DNA of 64,000 nucleotides from Malacoraja senta (lineage: Eukaryota), in contig CM075993.1 in the NCBI GenBank assembly GCA_038087875.1, positions 4,404,001 to 4,468,000 on the forward strand, given 5' to 3'. Position numbers and translations under genes: made by a program. Shown one piece after another: positions 49,716-62,726 of the stretch. Within the stretch, counting starts at the first letter, position 1. Every line of letters starts with the position of its first letter. The notes below the pieces were generated by a model that was not told the DNA's origin, did no database searches, and saw nothing but the letters and a program-made list of their open reading frames with translations.

Positions 49716-50096
49716 GGACATATTGAAACATATAAGATTGCTAAGGGTTTGGACACGCTAGAGGCAGGAAACATGTTCCAGATGTTGGGGGAGTCCAGAA
49801 CCAGGGGCCACACAGTTTCAGAATAAGGGGTAAGTAAGCCATTTAGAACGGAGACGAGGAAACGCTTTTTCTCACAGAGAGTGGTGAGTCTGTGGAATTC
49901 TCTGCCCCAGAGGGCGGTGGAGGCAGGTTCTCTGGATACTTTCAAGAGAGAGCTAGATAGGGCTCTTAAAGATAGCGGAGTCAGAGGATATGGGGAGAAG
50001 GCAGGAACCGGGTACTGATTGGGGATGATCACATTGAATGGTGGTGCTGGCTGGAAGGGCCGAATGGCCTACTCCTGCATCTATTGTCTATTGTCT
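49716..50096 (+). mobile_element. CR1 3' fragment starting ~80 nt after the 49638 exon donor
   Basis: Sense-strand counterpart of the 19931-20508 subfamily; (TCTATTG)n tail. Confidence 0.85.
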
Positions 50097-52691
50097 ATAT
50101 TGACTGGCCTAAACACAAAGTCCTGGAGGAACTCGTTGGATCAGGCAGCATCTGGGGAGAGGAATGGCAGATGTTGTTTCAGGGCAGGACCCTTCTTCAG
50201 ACTGGTCTTCTGACCATCTCCTTGGGCTTTCAGAGCTTGAACATTTCAACTTGGAGATGGGGGGGGGATTCCCACAGTTTACAGTCAATTAATTGTGGTG
50301 GAAGAGGGTCTGTGATCCCCTGGTGATGTAGATGTGATCATGGGGCCCTTTCCCTTGGTTGGAATCTGCATGCAGTGGAATGTCAAGGAGGATTCTAACC
50401 ATCTAGTTAAAAGACCACAAGATGTAGCAGAACTAGGCCATTCGGCCCATCAAGTCTGCACCACCATTCGATCATGACTAATTTATTTTTTCCTTCTCCC
50501 GATAATTTTTGAAACCTTTACTAATCAAGAACCAATCAATCTTTGCTTCAAAAATACCCAATGATTCGGCCTCCACCAACGTCTGTGGCAATGAATTCCA
50601 CAGATTCACCACCCTCTGACTAATCCTTTTACTCTGAGGCTGTGCCCTTTGGTTCTAGACCCTCACGTTAATCTGTGCCACTAACGTCTGTGGCGATGAA
50701 TTCCACAGATTCCCCACTCTCCGGCTAAAGAATTCATCCTCATCTCCTTCAGAGGAGATACATCCTTTAATTCTGAGGCTATGCCTGGACTCTCCCGTTA
50801 GTGGAGACATCCTCTCCACATCCACTATCTAAGTGGGAAAGAGTTCATTCCGCCACATATATTTACACCAAAGGCTTCTTTCCATTCACGGCTTGCCGTT
50901 CTTGATAAGTACGGGTGTCAGGGTGAGAAGGCGGGAGAATGGGGTTGAGAGAGAGAGAGAGAGATAGATCAGCCATGATTGAATGGAGGAATAGACTTTA
51001 TGGGCCAAATGGCCTAATTCTACTCCTATCAGTTATGATCTTAAGATCATCAGTCTGAAGAAGGGTTTCGGCCCGAAACGTTGCCCATTTCCTTCGCTCC
51101 ATAGATGCTGCTGCACCCGCTGAGCTTCTCCAGCATTTTTGTGTACCTATGATCTTAAGACACTTTGAGGAAGGAACATTAGAGCCCATCACAGTATTTG
51201 AGGAATCACAGTTCAGATATGGTTGTGTGTTACAATATATGTCAGTGTGGCGTTCATTCATTGCATACACATAAAACCAGCATCTCTTGAAACTTCCTGT
51301 AACTCCAGGCCAAAGAGCGTGCAGATTTTATTTGGAACAGCTGCCCAGTATGCATTTGTTGTTAAAGATACACATGGAGGTTAGGGGGGGGGGGGGGGGG
51401 GGGGGCATAGTGGCGCAGTCTGAAGTAGGGTCACGACCCGAAACGTCACACATTCCTTCCCTCCAGAGATGCTGCCTGTCCTGCTGAGTTTCCCCAGCAT
51501 TTTGTGTCTATCTTCGGTTTAAACCAGCATCTGCAGTTCCTTCCTACACAGAACGGAGAGAGCTGCTGTTTGTTCATGCCGAGATCTCATTTCAGGACCT
51601 TGGACAGGGAACAACTATCAGTGGAAAGACGTGCTGGAGTAAGTCAGCGGGTCAGGCAGCATCTCTGGAGATCATGGAGAGGTGATGGTGCTGAAGGGTC
51701 CTGACCCGCTATCCATGGTAGACAAAAATGCCGGGGAAACTCAGCGGGTGAGGCAGCATCTATGGAGCGAAGGAAATAGGCAACGTTTCGGGTTTCGGCC
51801 CGAAACGTTGCCTATTTCCAGAAGGGTTTCGGGCCCGAAACGTTGCCTATTTCCTTCGCTCCATAGATGCTGCCTCACCCGCTGACTTACTCCAGCACTT
51901 TGTGCATGTCTTTCCACTGATAGTTGTTCTGTGTTTCTCCAGCAATTTTGTCTACCTTATCTTTAGTTTAGTTTGGAGATACAGCGCGGATACAGGCCCT
52001 TCGGCCCCACCGAGTCCGCACCGACCAGCGATCCCCCGTTTCGGGTGGAGACCCTTGAAGGGTTTCTCCAGCATTTCTCCCGACAAGTGGGACTCGCGTA
52101 GATGGGGCACCTTGGTCGGCACGGACGAGAGAGGGCCTGTTTCCGTGCTGCTTAACTGTGAATCGAGCTCAGGGCAAAGACCTGGACATTGGGACTCACA
52201 GCCCAGTGGCAGCAGCATTAAAGCACGTTCTTTTAATTCATGGGGCGGCCCTGAATAATTCAGGAGCAAAGAATGCAGGGCATAAATGATTCACACCGGC
52301 CCCTTCAAACAAATACTTAAGATTCAAAAGATCCAGCGGTGGGCGGGAGAGAGGGTCGACTGGAAGAGCAGCTGTTGTGCTTTGTGTGTGTGTTCCTCCT
52401 CCTTCACGATCAGTGCCCACTCAAGGAGAAGGCTGGGGGTGTATTCAGCAACGATGACATGGGAAGTTGGGCAGCATGAATGATGAATAAGGGGAGCGCG
52501 GAATCTGTTTACACGCTGTATCTTGCGCATGCCAGCCTGTCTCACATGTCCTCAGCTGGGTCCCAGAGAGTTGCCTCGGGCTAGATCGAGGCCTGCCCAG
52601 CCGACGGCAATGTCAGCGCTGTACACATTTCTGACTGGCAGCGTTTAGAGGGGAAACAAGAGGCCGGGAAAGCTTTTAAGTGTCTATGAGA

Positions 52692-52891
52692 NNNNNNNNN
52701 NNNNNNNNNNNNNNNNNNNNNNNNNNNNNNNNNNNNNNNNNNNNNNNNNNNNNNNNNNNNNNNNNNNNNNNNNNNNNNNNNNNNNNNNNNNNNNNNNNNN
52801 NNNNNNNNNNNNNNNNNNNNNNNNNNNNNNNNNNNNNNNNNNNNNNNNNNNNNNNNNNNNNNNNNNNNNNNNNNNNNNNNNNNNNNNNNNN
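52692..52891. other. Assembly gap (200 N), followed by a low-complexity poly-C/CA tract to ~53060
   Basis: N run. Confidence 1.
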
Positions 52892-53007
52892 CACACACTC
52901 AACAAACACCCCCACACCCCCCACCCCCACCACCCCCACACACACCCCACCCCCCCCCCCACCCCCCCCCCCCCCACCCCACCCCACACCCCACACCCCC
53001 CCCCCCC

Positions 53008-53038
<31 letters not shown>

Positions 53039-53519
53039 CCCCCCCCCCCCCCCACACCACACATTTGTCTGGAGTGTTGGGGGAACCAAAGATCTCGGAA
53101 AACCCACGCAGGTCACGTGGAGAAAATGCACAAATTCCATACAGGCAGCACGCGTAGTCGGGATCGAACCCGGGGTCTCTGACGCTGTAGGCCGCAGCCC
53201 CACCGTGCCGCCCACAACGTTTGTCCCCCCACCATGATATAAAGTTAAACTGATCACATCTGCCTGAACAGGATCCATATCCCTCTATTCCTTGCACCTC
53301 CATGTGCCTAAAAGCTTCTTTAATGCCCACTACCATATCTACCTCCACCCTATCCCTGCCAATGCATTACAGGGCCACACTGGTCTATGTATTAAAACAC
53401 TTTCCTTGCACATCTCCATTAAACATTCCCCCTCTCACCTCATAGCTATGCCCTTATAATGTTTGATTTTTTCTACCCAGGAAAAACGGTTCTGACTGCC
53501 CACGCTATCTATGCCTCAC

Positions 53520-54220
53520 ATAGAACACAAAATCGGTGCAGGAAAAGGCCATTTGGCTCTTTGAGTCAGGATCACCAATCAATGTGACCATGGATGATCA
53601 TCCAAAATCAGAACCCCATTCCTGCTTTTTCCCCATCCTTCATTCCCTCAGCCCCAAGAGCTAAATCCAACTCTTGAAAACATCCAGTGAATTGGCCTCC
53701 AGTGCCAGAGAATTCCACAGATTGACAACTCTCCGGGTTGGAAAAGTTTTTCCTCATCTCTGTCCTAAATAGCCTACCCCTTATTCTTAAACTGTGACCC
53801 CTGGTTCTGGACTCCCCCAACATCAGGGATATTTTCCCTGCATCCACCCTGTCCAATACTCTAAGAATGTTATATGTTTCTATAAGATCCCCTCTCATCC
53901 TTCTAAATTCCAGCGAATGCAAGCCCAGTCGACCCATTCTTTCATCATACGTCAGTCCCGCCATCCCGGGAATTAACCTGGTGAACCTAGGCTGCACTCA
54001 CCCAATAGCATTAAAGTCCTTCTTCAAATTAGGAAACCAAAACTGCACACAATACTCCAGGTGCGGTCTCACCAGGGCCCTGTACAACTGCAGTAGGACC
54101 TCCTTGCACGTAAACTCAATCCTCTCCAAATGAAGGCCAACATGCCATTGTCTTTCTTCACTGCCTGCTGTACCTGCATGCTTACTTTCAGTGACTGATG
54201 AACAAGGAGCCCCAGGTCTC
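53520..54220 (-). mobile_element. CR1 3' fragment (older)
   Basis: ORF 53608-53997 with CR1 motifs and frameshifts. Confidence 0.82.
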
Positions 54221-55734
54221 GTACATCAGATAGAAACAAAGAAAATAGGTGCAGGAGGAGGCCATTCTATGTTTCTTTGTGAGGCAAAAAATTGCACCTC
54301 AAGTTCCTATTAAATAATTTCTTCTCATTTAAACCATGACCTCTGGTTCTTGATTTTCCTACTCTGGGTAAAATACTGTGCATTTACCCCCATCCTGATT
54401 TTATACACCTCTAAGATCACACCTCATCCTCCAGCGCTCCAAAGAATAAAGTCCGAAGTTGCCTAAACTCCTCTTGTAGCTCAGGCTCGCAAATCCTAGC
54501 AACATCCTCATCCATCTTCACTGCTCTCTTTCCAGCTTAACAGCATCTTTTCCATAGCAGGGTGACAAAAACTGAACGCAATACTCCAAATGTGGCCTCA
54601 CCCAATGTCTTGTACAGTCAACAACAAAAATCTTACATTCACAGAATTAAATTAATATTCGGCATTCCTTTAGGCAAACAAAGTGCTGGAGGAACTCAGC
54701 AGGCAAGGTAGTTTCAGTGGAGGAAATGGACAGATGATGTTTCGGTTCAGAACCCTTCTTCAGACTGAAGGGTCCCAACACGAAACGTTGCCTGTCCATT
54801 TTCTCCACAGATGCTGCCTGACCGGTTGAGTTCCTCCAGCACTTTGTGTTTTGCTCAGGATTCCAGCATTTCCTTGTGGCACCACTTCTGAAAGACCATG
54901 AGACATTGGAGCAGAATTAGGCCATTCGGCCCATCGAGTCTGCTCCGCCATTCAAGCGTGGCTGATCTATTTTTCCCTCTCAAACCCATTCTCCCGCCTC
55001 TCCCCGTAACCTTCGACACCCTTATTAATCAAGAACCTATCATTCTCTGCTATAAAAATACCCAATGACTTGGCCTCCACAGCCGTCTGTGGCAATGAAT
55101 TCCACAGATTCGCCATCCTCTGGCTAAAGAAATTCCTCCTCGCCTCCATTCTAAAGGTACGTCCTTTTATTCTGTTAGGCTGTGCCTCACTAAGATAGAC
55201 AAAAATTGCTGTAGTATCTCAGCGAGACTGGCAGCATCTCTGGAGAGATGGAAGGGGTCGAGACCCTTCTTCAGACTCATTCCTTCTCTCACGAGATGCT
55301 GCCTGTTCCGCTGAGTTACTCCAGCATTTTGTGTCTATCTTCGAGTCAAACCAGCATCTGCAGTTCCTTCCTACACATTTTGGGCGCCTCACTAAGGTTA
55401 GGTTCTAATCTTTAGATGGCTTCTGGATTTGGAGGGAAACTATGGATTCCCAGTGCATTGTAAGACATTTACTGCCACTGATGTGCCTTAAAAATGTAGC
55501 AAATGGAGTGGCTTAGGAATAGAACCTGATGGGAAGGCAAGGTTAATACGGGGGAGTTTGTGCATGGCTGAGTTATAGAGCAGATGAGGTTGACATTGAA
55601 TGATCCCTGATAGCGCGTGGCAGGAGGTGAAAGGGACTGTTTACCAGCATAAGACACCGCGCTGATGATTCCCAGTTCCCGTTAAAGTGAGAATCGCTCC
55701 CAGTGTTTCACTTGTCACATCTTATTTTCCAGAG

Positions 55735-55794
55735 CGGCCACAAGGGATGACATGAACAATTACATCAGCCAGTACTACAGCGAGCCAAGCAGCG
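55735..55794 (+). CDS. TMEM266: TMEM266 small coding exon (5' boundary ambiguous, 55733 or 55735)
   Basis: Translates ATRDDMNNYISQYYSEPSS (recalled human KDDMNSYISQYYNGPSS); |gtgagt donor at 55795; acceptor region ttttccagag. Confidence 0.82.
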
Positions 55795-55841
55795 GTGAGT
55801 GCAACGTCACCTCCCCCCACCCTGACTAACACCAGCCCACC

Positions 55842-56352
55842 TAGGGTTGCCAACTGTCCCGTATTAGCTGGGACATCCCGTATTTTGGGCTAAATTGGTT
55901 TGTCCGCCCTTATCCCGTATTTGACTGCTACTACTCGGGTCAAGGGGACTGTCGGGTCGGAGCGCCGCGTCCCGACCCCGCCTCGACTGTCCCGACGTAG
56001 TGCAGCCCATGGAGTGCAGCAGCAGCAGCGCCTCGCCCGTGGCCCCGCGGGTCGGTCGGCAGCCCGGCCAGCTGTCCGACATTCGGACCTTCGCTTACCG
56101 CCCACACCACCACCTTCTCACGGCCGATCGTCGGTTCATGAGTTGGACGGGGTGCCAGACTTTGCGCGCGGCTCGGCCAAAACTCCTCAGCTGGCCCGCC
56201 GGCTGGGCTTTGTGTGCAGTCCAGCACCCGGGGCCAACTCATCATTCACCCACCCAGCCACAGCCGGGTCGGTCAACGAATTGCCGTCAGGAATTTGTCC
56301 CTTATTTTGACCTTTTGTCCCTTATTTGGGAGTGAGAAAGTTGGTGACCTCA
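55842..56352. mobile_element. Non-autonomous hAT (Blackjack-like) DNA transposon, CpG-rich, 47 nt after an exon donor
   Basis: Left end TAGGGTTGCCAAC, degenerate right end GTTGGTGACCTCA, subterminal TGTCCC repeats, CCCACC in both flanks. Confidence 0.62.
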
Positions 56353-58977
56353 CCCACCCTCATGCCCACAGTGCAAGACACAGTCCCCACCCACACTGCC
56401 ACCACCCCACAGTCTATGACACAGTCCCCACCCTCACTGCCACCACCCCACCCTCAGTACCACAGTCCACGACACAATCTCTACCCTCACCCCCCCCCCC
56501 CCCGCACTGCACGACACAGCCCCCAACCTCAGCACCACCTCTACCCACACAACCCTCACTGCCAATTCGGGGCAGGTGGCAGAGCTGATTTCTCACAGGA
56601 ACAAAGACCCAGGTTCGATCCTGGCCTCCGGTGCTGTCCGTGCGGAGTTTGCACGTTTTTCCTGCGATCGTGTGGGTTTTCCTGGGTGCTCCGGTTCCTC
56701 CCCCCCCCCCCCCCCCACATCCCAAAGACGTGCAGAGTTGTAGGTGAATTGACTTCTGTAAATTACCCCGAGTGTTTAACGGGGAGACTGCAAACGTGGG
56801 GTAACATTGAACCTGTGTGGTCTGCGTGGACTCAGCAGGCAGAAAGGCCCGTTTCCATGCTGTCTGTAAACCAAACTAAAATACCCATTGCAACCCGAAA
56901 CAGATATTCGTTCAATTTCATTTTTATTGGCCAGTTAATCCCAAACAATCACTACCTCCAGGAAGTGAACATTAGCAGAGGTGGCTAATTTCAACATTGT
57001 AATCTAATCTCTGGATCCAAATGACCATTATTGATTTAATGCTCACCGATTCAGAATCCCTTAATTGGATTACTGCGATGTAATCACGTCTACTAACTAT
57101 TATTCTATATATAAATCATTTTGAGTTGTTTGATTAGATTACTGTGTGTTTTTTCTCCTCTGTTACTCCCAGCATCATTATTCTACTGCAATCTTCTGGT
57201 TATTTATCAAACGCAATCTCCCCTGTATGACTTGCATCACTGATAACACGTTGGCTCACGAGACTGAAGCCTGTGGCTTCAAAAACCTGGATATAGAAAA
57301 TTTGGAGTCAGCCATTCTTGGGTGTCACCTCCTCTAGTATGTGTCAGAGAGTGGTGGGTGCCTGGACTACACTGCTGGAGAAACTCAGCGGGTGAGGCAG
57401 CATCTATGGAGCGAAGGAATTGGTGACGTTTCAGGTCCAATCTGAAGAAGGGTCTCGACCCGAAACGTCACCTATTCCTTTGCTCCATAGATGCTGCCTC
57501 ACCCGCTGAGTTTCTCCAGCATTTTTGTCTACCTTCGATTTTTCCAGCATCTGCAGTTCTTTCTTAAACTTAACTTCTTTAGTCAGAGGGTGGTGAATCT
57601 GTGGAATTCATTGCCACAGAAGGCTGTGGAGGCCAAGTCAATGGATATTTTTAAGGCAGAGATAGATACATTCTTGATTAGTGCAGGTGTCTGGAGTTAA
57701 GGGGAGAAGGCAGGAGAACGGGGTTATGAGGGAGAGAAAGATTAGTCTTGATTGAATGGTAGAGTAGACTTAGTCATATAGCGTGGAAACAGGCCCTTCG
57801 GCCTAACTTGCCCACACCGGCCAACATGTCCAAGCCAACTTTAGCCCCACCTGCCCACGTTTGGTCCATATCCCTCCAAACCTGTCCTATTCATATAACT
57901 TAATGGGCCGCATGGCCTAATTCTGCTCCTATGACTAATGAACTTATGAACTTATAAACTAAGATACATTTAGTCCAGTTTTAAACTGGAGGTTGTTCTA
58001 TCTTGTAGAAGTTCTGCCCAGCCCCTCAGGCAGACGGGAGCAACCCATGAGACGTTTACTGAAGGGATTCAGGGACATTCTCCTGGTATACTGTCAGGAC
58101 CTTTTGCAGCCGGCGGCGTTCTCCAGACTGACCATTCCCAAACTTCCTGGTCCTCTTGTAGGGAATTGTGTTGGCAACTTCCTACAAAACCAGACCCATT
58201 ATTCATCTTTCAACCAGCACCCAACATCAACAAGGAGGTACACAAAAATGCTGGAGAAACTCAGCGGGTGCAGCAGCATCTATGGAGCGAAGGAAATAGG
58301 CAACGTTTCGGGCCGAAAACCCTTCTTCAGACAGGGGGGCATTTACTGTCCTGCAAATGATTACTGCATTTCCAAGCAGCGAGTTGCAGGAGTAGTTAGA
58401 ACACAGATCAGTGCAGCACGGGAACAGGCCCTTCGGCCCACAATGTCCATGCCAATCCAAGTTAAGTTAATGCCATGCCAAGTTAAACCAATCTCATCTG
58501 CCTGCACATGATCCAATCCCCTCCCAATAATACAAGGAGGCCACAGCAAGGATTGAACTCTCAACTGCTGGTTTACCAGTGCTCTAACCACTGAGCTATG
58601 GAGCCAGTTATTAATTCATAATCATAATCAATCATCATAATCATACTTCATTAGCCAAGTATGTTTTGCAACATACAAGGAATTTGATTTGCCATACAGT
58701 CATACCAATAAAAAACTGAACACACAAAATACATTAACGTAAACATCCACCACAGTGACTCCTCCACATTCCTCACTGTGCTGGAATGCGAGAAAAAAAA
58801 TCCTCTTATTAATTCACATTTCATCTGCTGTGTCGGATCCAAGTTCCCCGTGTCACTCACTGGATCAGAGGTCCAAATCTCTGGTCCATAACTCCTGTCA
58901 TTTAACCAACTTGCTGCCTGAAATTGAGGACTTAGAGATGTAATTTTGTGATGGTGACCCTGCTTAATTCTCCTCAG

Positions 58978-59582
58978 AGGCGGCAGGTCCAGAAGGCGGG
59001 CCCCATGTCATCACCACGGCCGCCATCGACGTCCACCTCCCCAGCATGCTTCCCAACGCCTCTTCGGACCTGCTGAGCGTGGAGATGCCAGCTCAGATGG
59101 AGTGCTTCAGCAGCTCGCTGAGCGATGCCTCGGGCAGTGCCTCCAGGTCCACAGACAGCAGCACCACCCAAGCCCAGAGCATCAGCAGCCCGACCCTAGG
59201 CTCCTCCACGGACTGCAGCACCACCAGGGAGATCTCCTCCGAGAGTTACTTGCTGGAGAGGCCCGAGGGTCATCACCAGAACAACGCGGAGGCCAACAGC
59301 ACCGTGCAGCAACTCCTCTCCACCTTGTCGGAGGATGCCTGCCTCACTCAGAAAGGACTGGACCCAGTCAATCTCAAGCCGCTCAGTCTACCCGGGTCCC
59401 TCAACGCCAGCCCAGAGCTGGGACACAGGATCAACCTGTGTAACAAGAAAAACCAAGACCCTCTCCACCTCTACCCAACAAAGCCTGTCATCCAGATCGA
59501 AGGCAACGACCTCGCGCTGGATGAGAAATACAGGCTCCTAATGTCCACAGAACCAATGGCAAACAGACTGCCCGAGTCCTAG
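58978..59582 (+). CDS. TMEM266: TMEM266 last coding exon (Ser-rich C-terminus to TAG stop)
   Basis: tcctcag| acceptor; (E)AAGPEGGPHVITTAAIDVHLPSMLPNASSDLLSVEMP...TLGSSTDCSTTRE...TVQQLLSTLSEDACLTQKGLDP...SPELGHRINLCNKKNQ...RLPES*; in frame with ORF 59046-59582. Confidence 0.93.
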
Positions 59583-61265
59583 TGCCCGCCCGGCTCAGAG
59601 CAAGGCTCTTGTTCCTCTGGACCTACTCTTGCCAAAAGTCAAGGATCCGCAACGGGGAACTATCTCCGCACTCAGTGACCCCAGGAAAGTGGAAGGCCGG
59701 GGAAAGCTGGCTCCCACACGCCTGGATGTGGAGGAATCGTCTTGCCATCAGCGCTTGCTCAAATACCGAGTCGGCGCAAAATGTTACGATGAACCCACAA
59801 ATCCTTTTTTTTTTTTGTACGTACATTTTTAAAAAAAATTGTGACATCTGTCTTGAAGTGCTTGCTGGGATGCGTTCAGCAGCAGTGCGTGAAGGCGATT
59901 TTTTTTTTCCTCTAAATGGACACAACGACCTCCCACATCAATGAATGTATCTAAAGTGAAACGAGTCCCACAACATCCATGTGCCTGTCCAGCTCACATC
60001 TCCTGATGGCAACACGAATGACAAGCACTCGACTTGCTTCGGCTCTTCTCTGCTACTCCAAAAGGGGGGTTCGTCCAGAAAACCTCTGGGGAAAATAGTC
60101 CGTACAGGAGGTCTCGCTCCTGCTGTGAACATTACTGATCCCAAACCAGATCCCAACTCTCTAAACCCAAGGATTTACAATCAGCCGCAGAGGGATTTGA
60201 CAGTGATGGGAACAGAGGCATGGGGATGGAAGGAGAGATTTTGGCAAAGGGATATTTTGGGCATTGCCAGAACGCTTTCATTTGAAATTTTCAATCGTCC
60301 ATTCAAGATATTGGGTATTGAGACGGGGGGGGGGGGGGGGGGAAGGGAGGAGAAACTAATTGCTTCCGTTTAAAGTGTTGATCGCACACGCAATGTACAT
60401 GTAAGATAAATCATTCTCAAACTTCAAACACAACTGTGGAGCAATCGATGGTCGGAGGACGGTGACAGCTGGTGACAGCAAGAGAACTTTGTGTTATTGG
60501 CTGCCAGGCAGTTTGGAACATTTGTTTTAGTTTATGTGCATCACAGTGTTAGTTGCCTTATGGCTACCGGCCACTGAAATGCTTTTAATCCACTGTTCAC
60601 AGCAGTGCCAAGATGTGTTCAGTCGGTGAGAAAGAATGTGTTGGTGTTATTGGTTTTGCACAGAATCCAGTTTTGCCTTGGAGAGGTTTCTTCATCCAGG
60701 TGGATAGGGGTGTGTCGTGCACCTGCTTCCAGTTGGCCCATCGGCTGTCAAATATTTACCATTTAGGTATTTAGTCATGAACTAGTAATGAGAAAGAAAA
60801 ACAAAAATGCTCCCCAAAAATATGTTTAACTAAGACCTCCCTGGTCTTTCCCCCCATCTACTGCTGATGGGGTTGTAATATCATGGAGAGAGACATCATA
60901 TAACCATGAGTTATGGTCAAGGAGTGGTCAACTTTCTCGTCTAGTAACCCAGAGGTGTCGACTCGTGTTCCAGAAATGACTTCTACCACACAGCTGGGGA
61001 ATTTAAATTCAATTAAATGAGCATGGATTTAAAAGCTATATATTGGTAATAATGTCCATTACTATCATTAAAAACCTGCCTGTCCCATAATATTCCTTTT
61101 GGAGAGTAGTTAGGCGATTGACTCAAGCGGAACAACATTCAAGGTACAATGTCGGTCTTTGCATTATACAGCATGGCAAATGGATGCCATCTTCATTTCC
61201 GTGCAAAAAAAGTGCTGGAGTAACTCAGCAGGTCAGGCAGTGACCCTGGAGAACATGGATAGGGA

Positions 61266-61765
61266 ACATAGAAAATAAGTGCAGGAGTAGTCCATTCGGC
61301 CCTTCGAGCCTGCACCGCCATTCAATATGATCATGGCTGATCATCCAACTCAGTATCCTGTACCTGCCTTCTCTCCATACCCCCTGATCCCTTTAGCCAC
61401 AAGGGCCACATCTAACTCCTAAATATAGCCAATGAACTGGCCTCAACTACCTTCTGTGGCAGAGAATTCCACAGACTCACCACTCTCTGTGTGAAAAATG
61501 TTTTTCTCATCTCGGTCCTAAAAGACTTCCCCCTTATCCTTAAACGGTGACCCTGTGTTCTGGACTTCCCCAACATCGGGAACAATCTTCCTGCATCTAG
61601 CCTGTCCAACCCCTTAAGAATTTTGTACGTTTCTATAAGATCCCCCCTCAATCTTCTAAATTCTAGCGAGTACAAGCCGAGTCTATCCAGTCTTTCTTCA
61701 TATGAAAGTCCTGCCATCCCAGGAATCAGTCTGGTGAACCTTCTCTGTACTCCCTCTATGGCAAG
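61266..61765 (-). mobile_element. CR1 3' fragment downstream of the TMEM266 stop
   Basis: ORF 61412-61825 CR1 motifs. Confidence 0.87.
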
Positions 61766-62340
61766 TAACGTTTCTGGGTAGGACCCATCTTCAGACTGAA
61801 GAAGGATCCCGACCCGAAACGTCACCTATCCATGTTCTCCAAATATGCTGCCCAATCTGCTCAGCTTTCCCAGCATCAGCAGTTCATTACTACTCCTTGA
61901 TTTCCATACAGTTTACCTCAGTTGTGCCAATGGTCTTATTTCACTAAGATACTATTGTAAATTGGGATTGGGGTGTTATGTTACAGTTGTATAGGATGTT
62001 CACGGCCACAGTTGGAGTAGTGTATTCAGCTTTGCTCTCTCCATAATAGGATAGATGCCATTATGCTGGAAAGAAGATTTGAGGATGTTGCCAAGATTCG
62101 AGGGCCTGAGCTATCGGGAGAGGCTTGGCAGGCTAGGACATTTCCCTTGGAGCACAAAAGGCTGAGGGGTGATATTACAGAGGTGTATAAAATCATGAGG
62201 GGAATAGATAGGGTGATTAAACACTTTTTTTCCCCAGCGCAGGTCAATCAAGAACCAAAGGGCATAGGTTTAACGTGAGAGGCGAATGATTTAATAGGAA
62301 CCCAAGATGTAATCTTGTCCAACAGAGGGTGCTGGGTTAG

Positions 62341-62726
62341 GACATATTTGAAACATATAAGATTGTTAAGGGCTTGGACACGCTAGAGGCAGGAAACATG
62401 TTCCTGATGTTGGGGGAGTCCAGAACCAGGGGCCACAGTTTAAGAGTAAGGAGTAGGCCATTGAGAACGGAGACGAGGAAAACACTTTTTCTCACAGAGA
62501 GTGGTGAGTCTGTGGAATTCTCTGCCTCAGAGGGCGGTGGAGGCAGGTTCTCTGGATGCTTTCAAGAGAGAGCTGGATAGGGCTCTTTAAAATAGCAGCG
62601 TCAGGGGATATGGGGAGAAGGCAGGAACGGGGTACTGATTGGGGATGATCAGCCATGATCACATTGAATGGTGGTGCTGGTTCGAAGGGCCAAATGGCCT
62701 ACTCCTGCACCTATTGTCTATTGTCT
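62341..62726 (+). mobile_element. CR1 3' fragment (within an older CR1-like remnant spanning ~61950-62920)
   Basis: ORF 62374-62580 and (TCTATTG) tail. Confidence 0.82.

Noticed and set aside
52581..53348. Gly/Pro-rich ORFs
   Set aside because: They span an N gap and a low-complexity poly-C tract of doubtful accuracy.
55860..56340. CpG island or internal promoter, with overlapping ORFs
   Set aside because: CpG richness is confined to a hAT-like transposon.
15862..59582. Gene as HVCN1 (Hv1 proton channel)
   Set aside because: No Asp at the S1 selectivity position, Asp-Ala-Tyr-Val-Leu-Pro after S4, and N- and C-terminal motifs match TMEM266.
60900..61110. Conserved 3'UTR element
   Set aside because: Resembles a decayed common shark SINE (CTAGTAACCCAGAGG...GAATTTAAATTCAATTAA); too degenerate to call either way.
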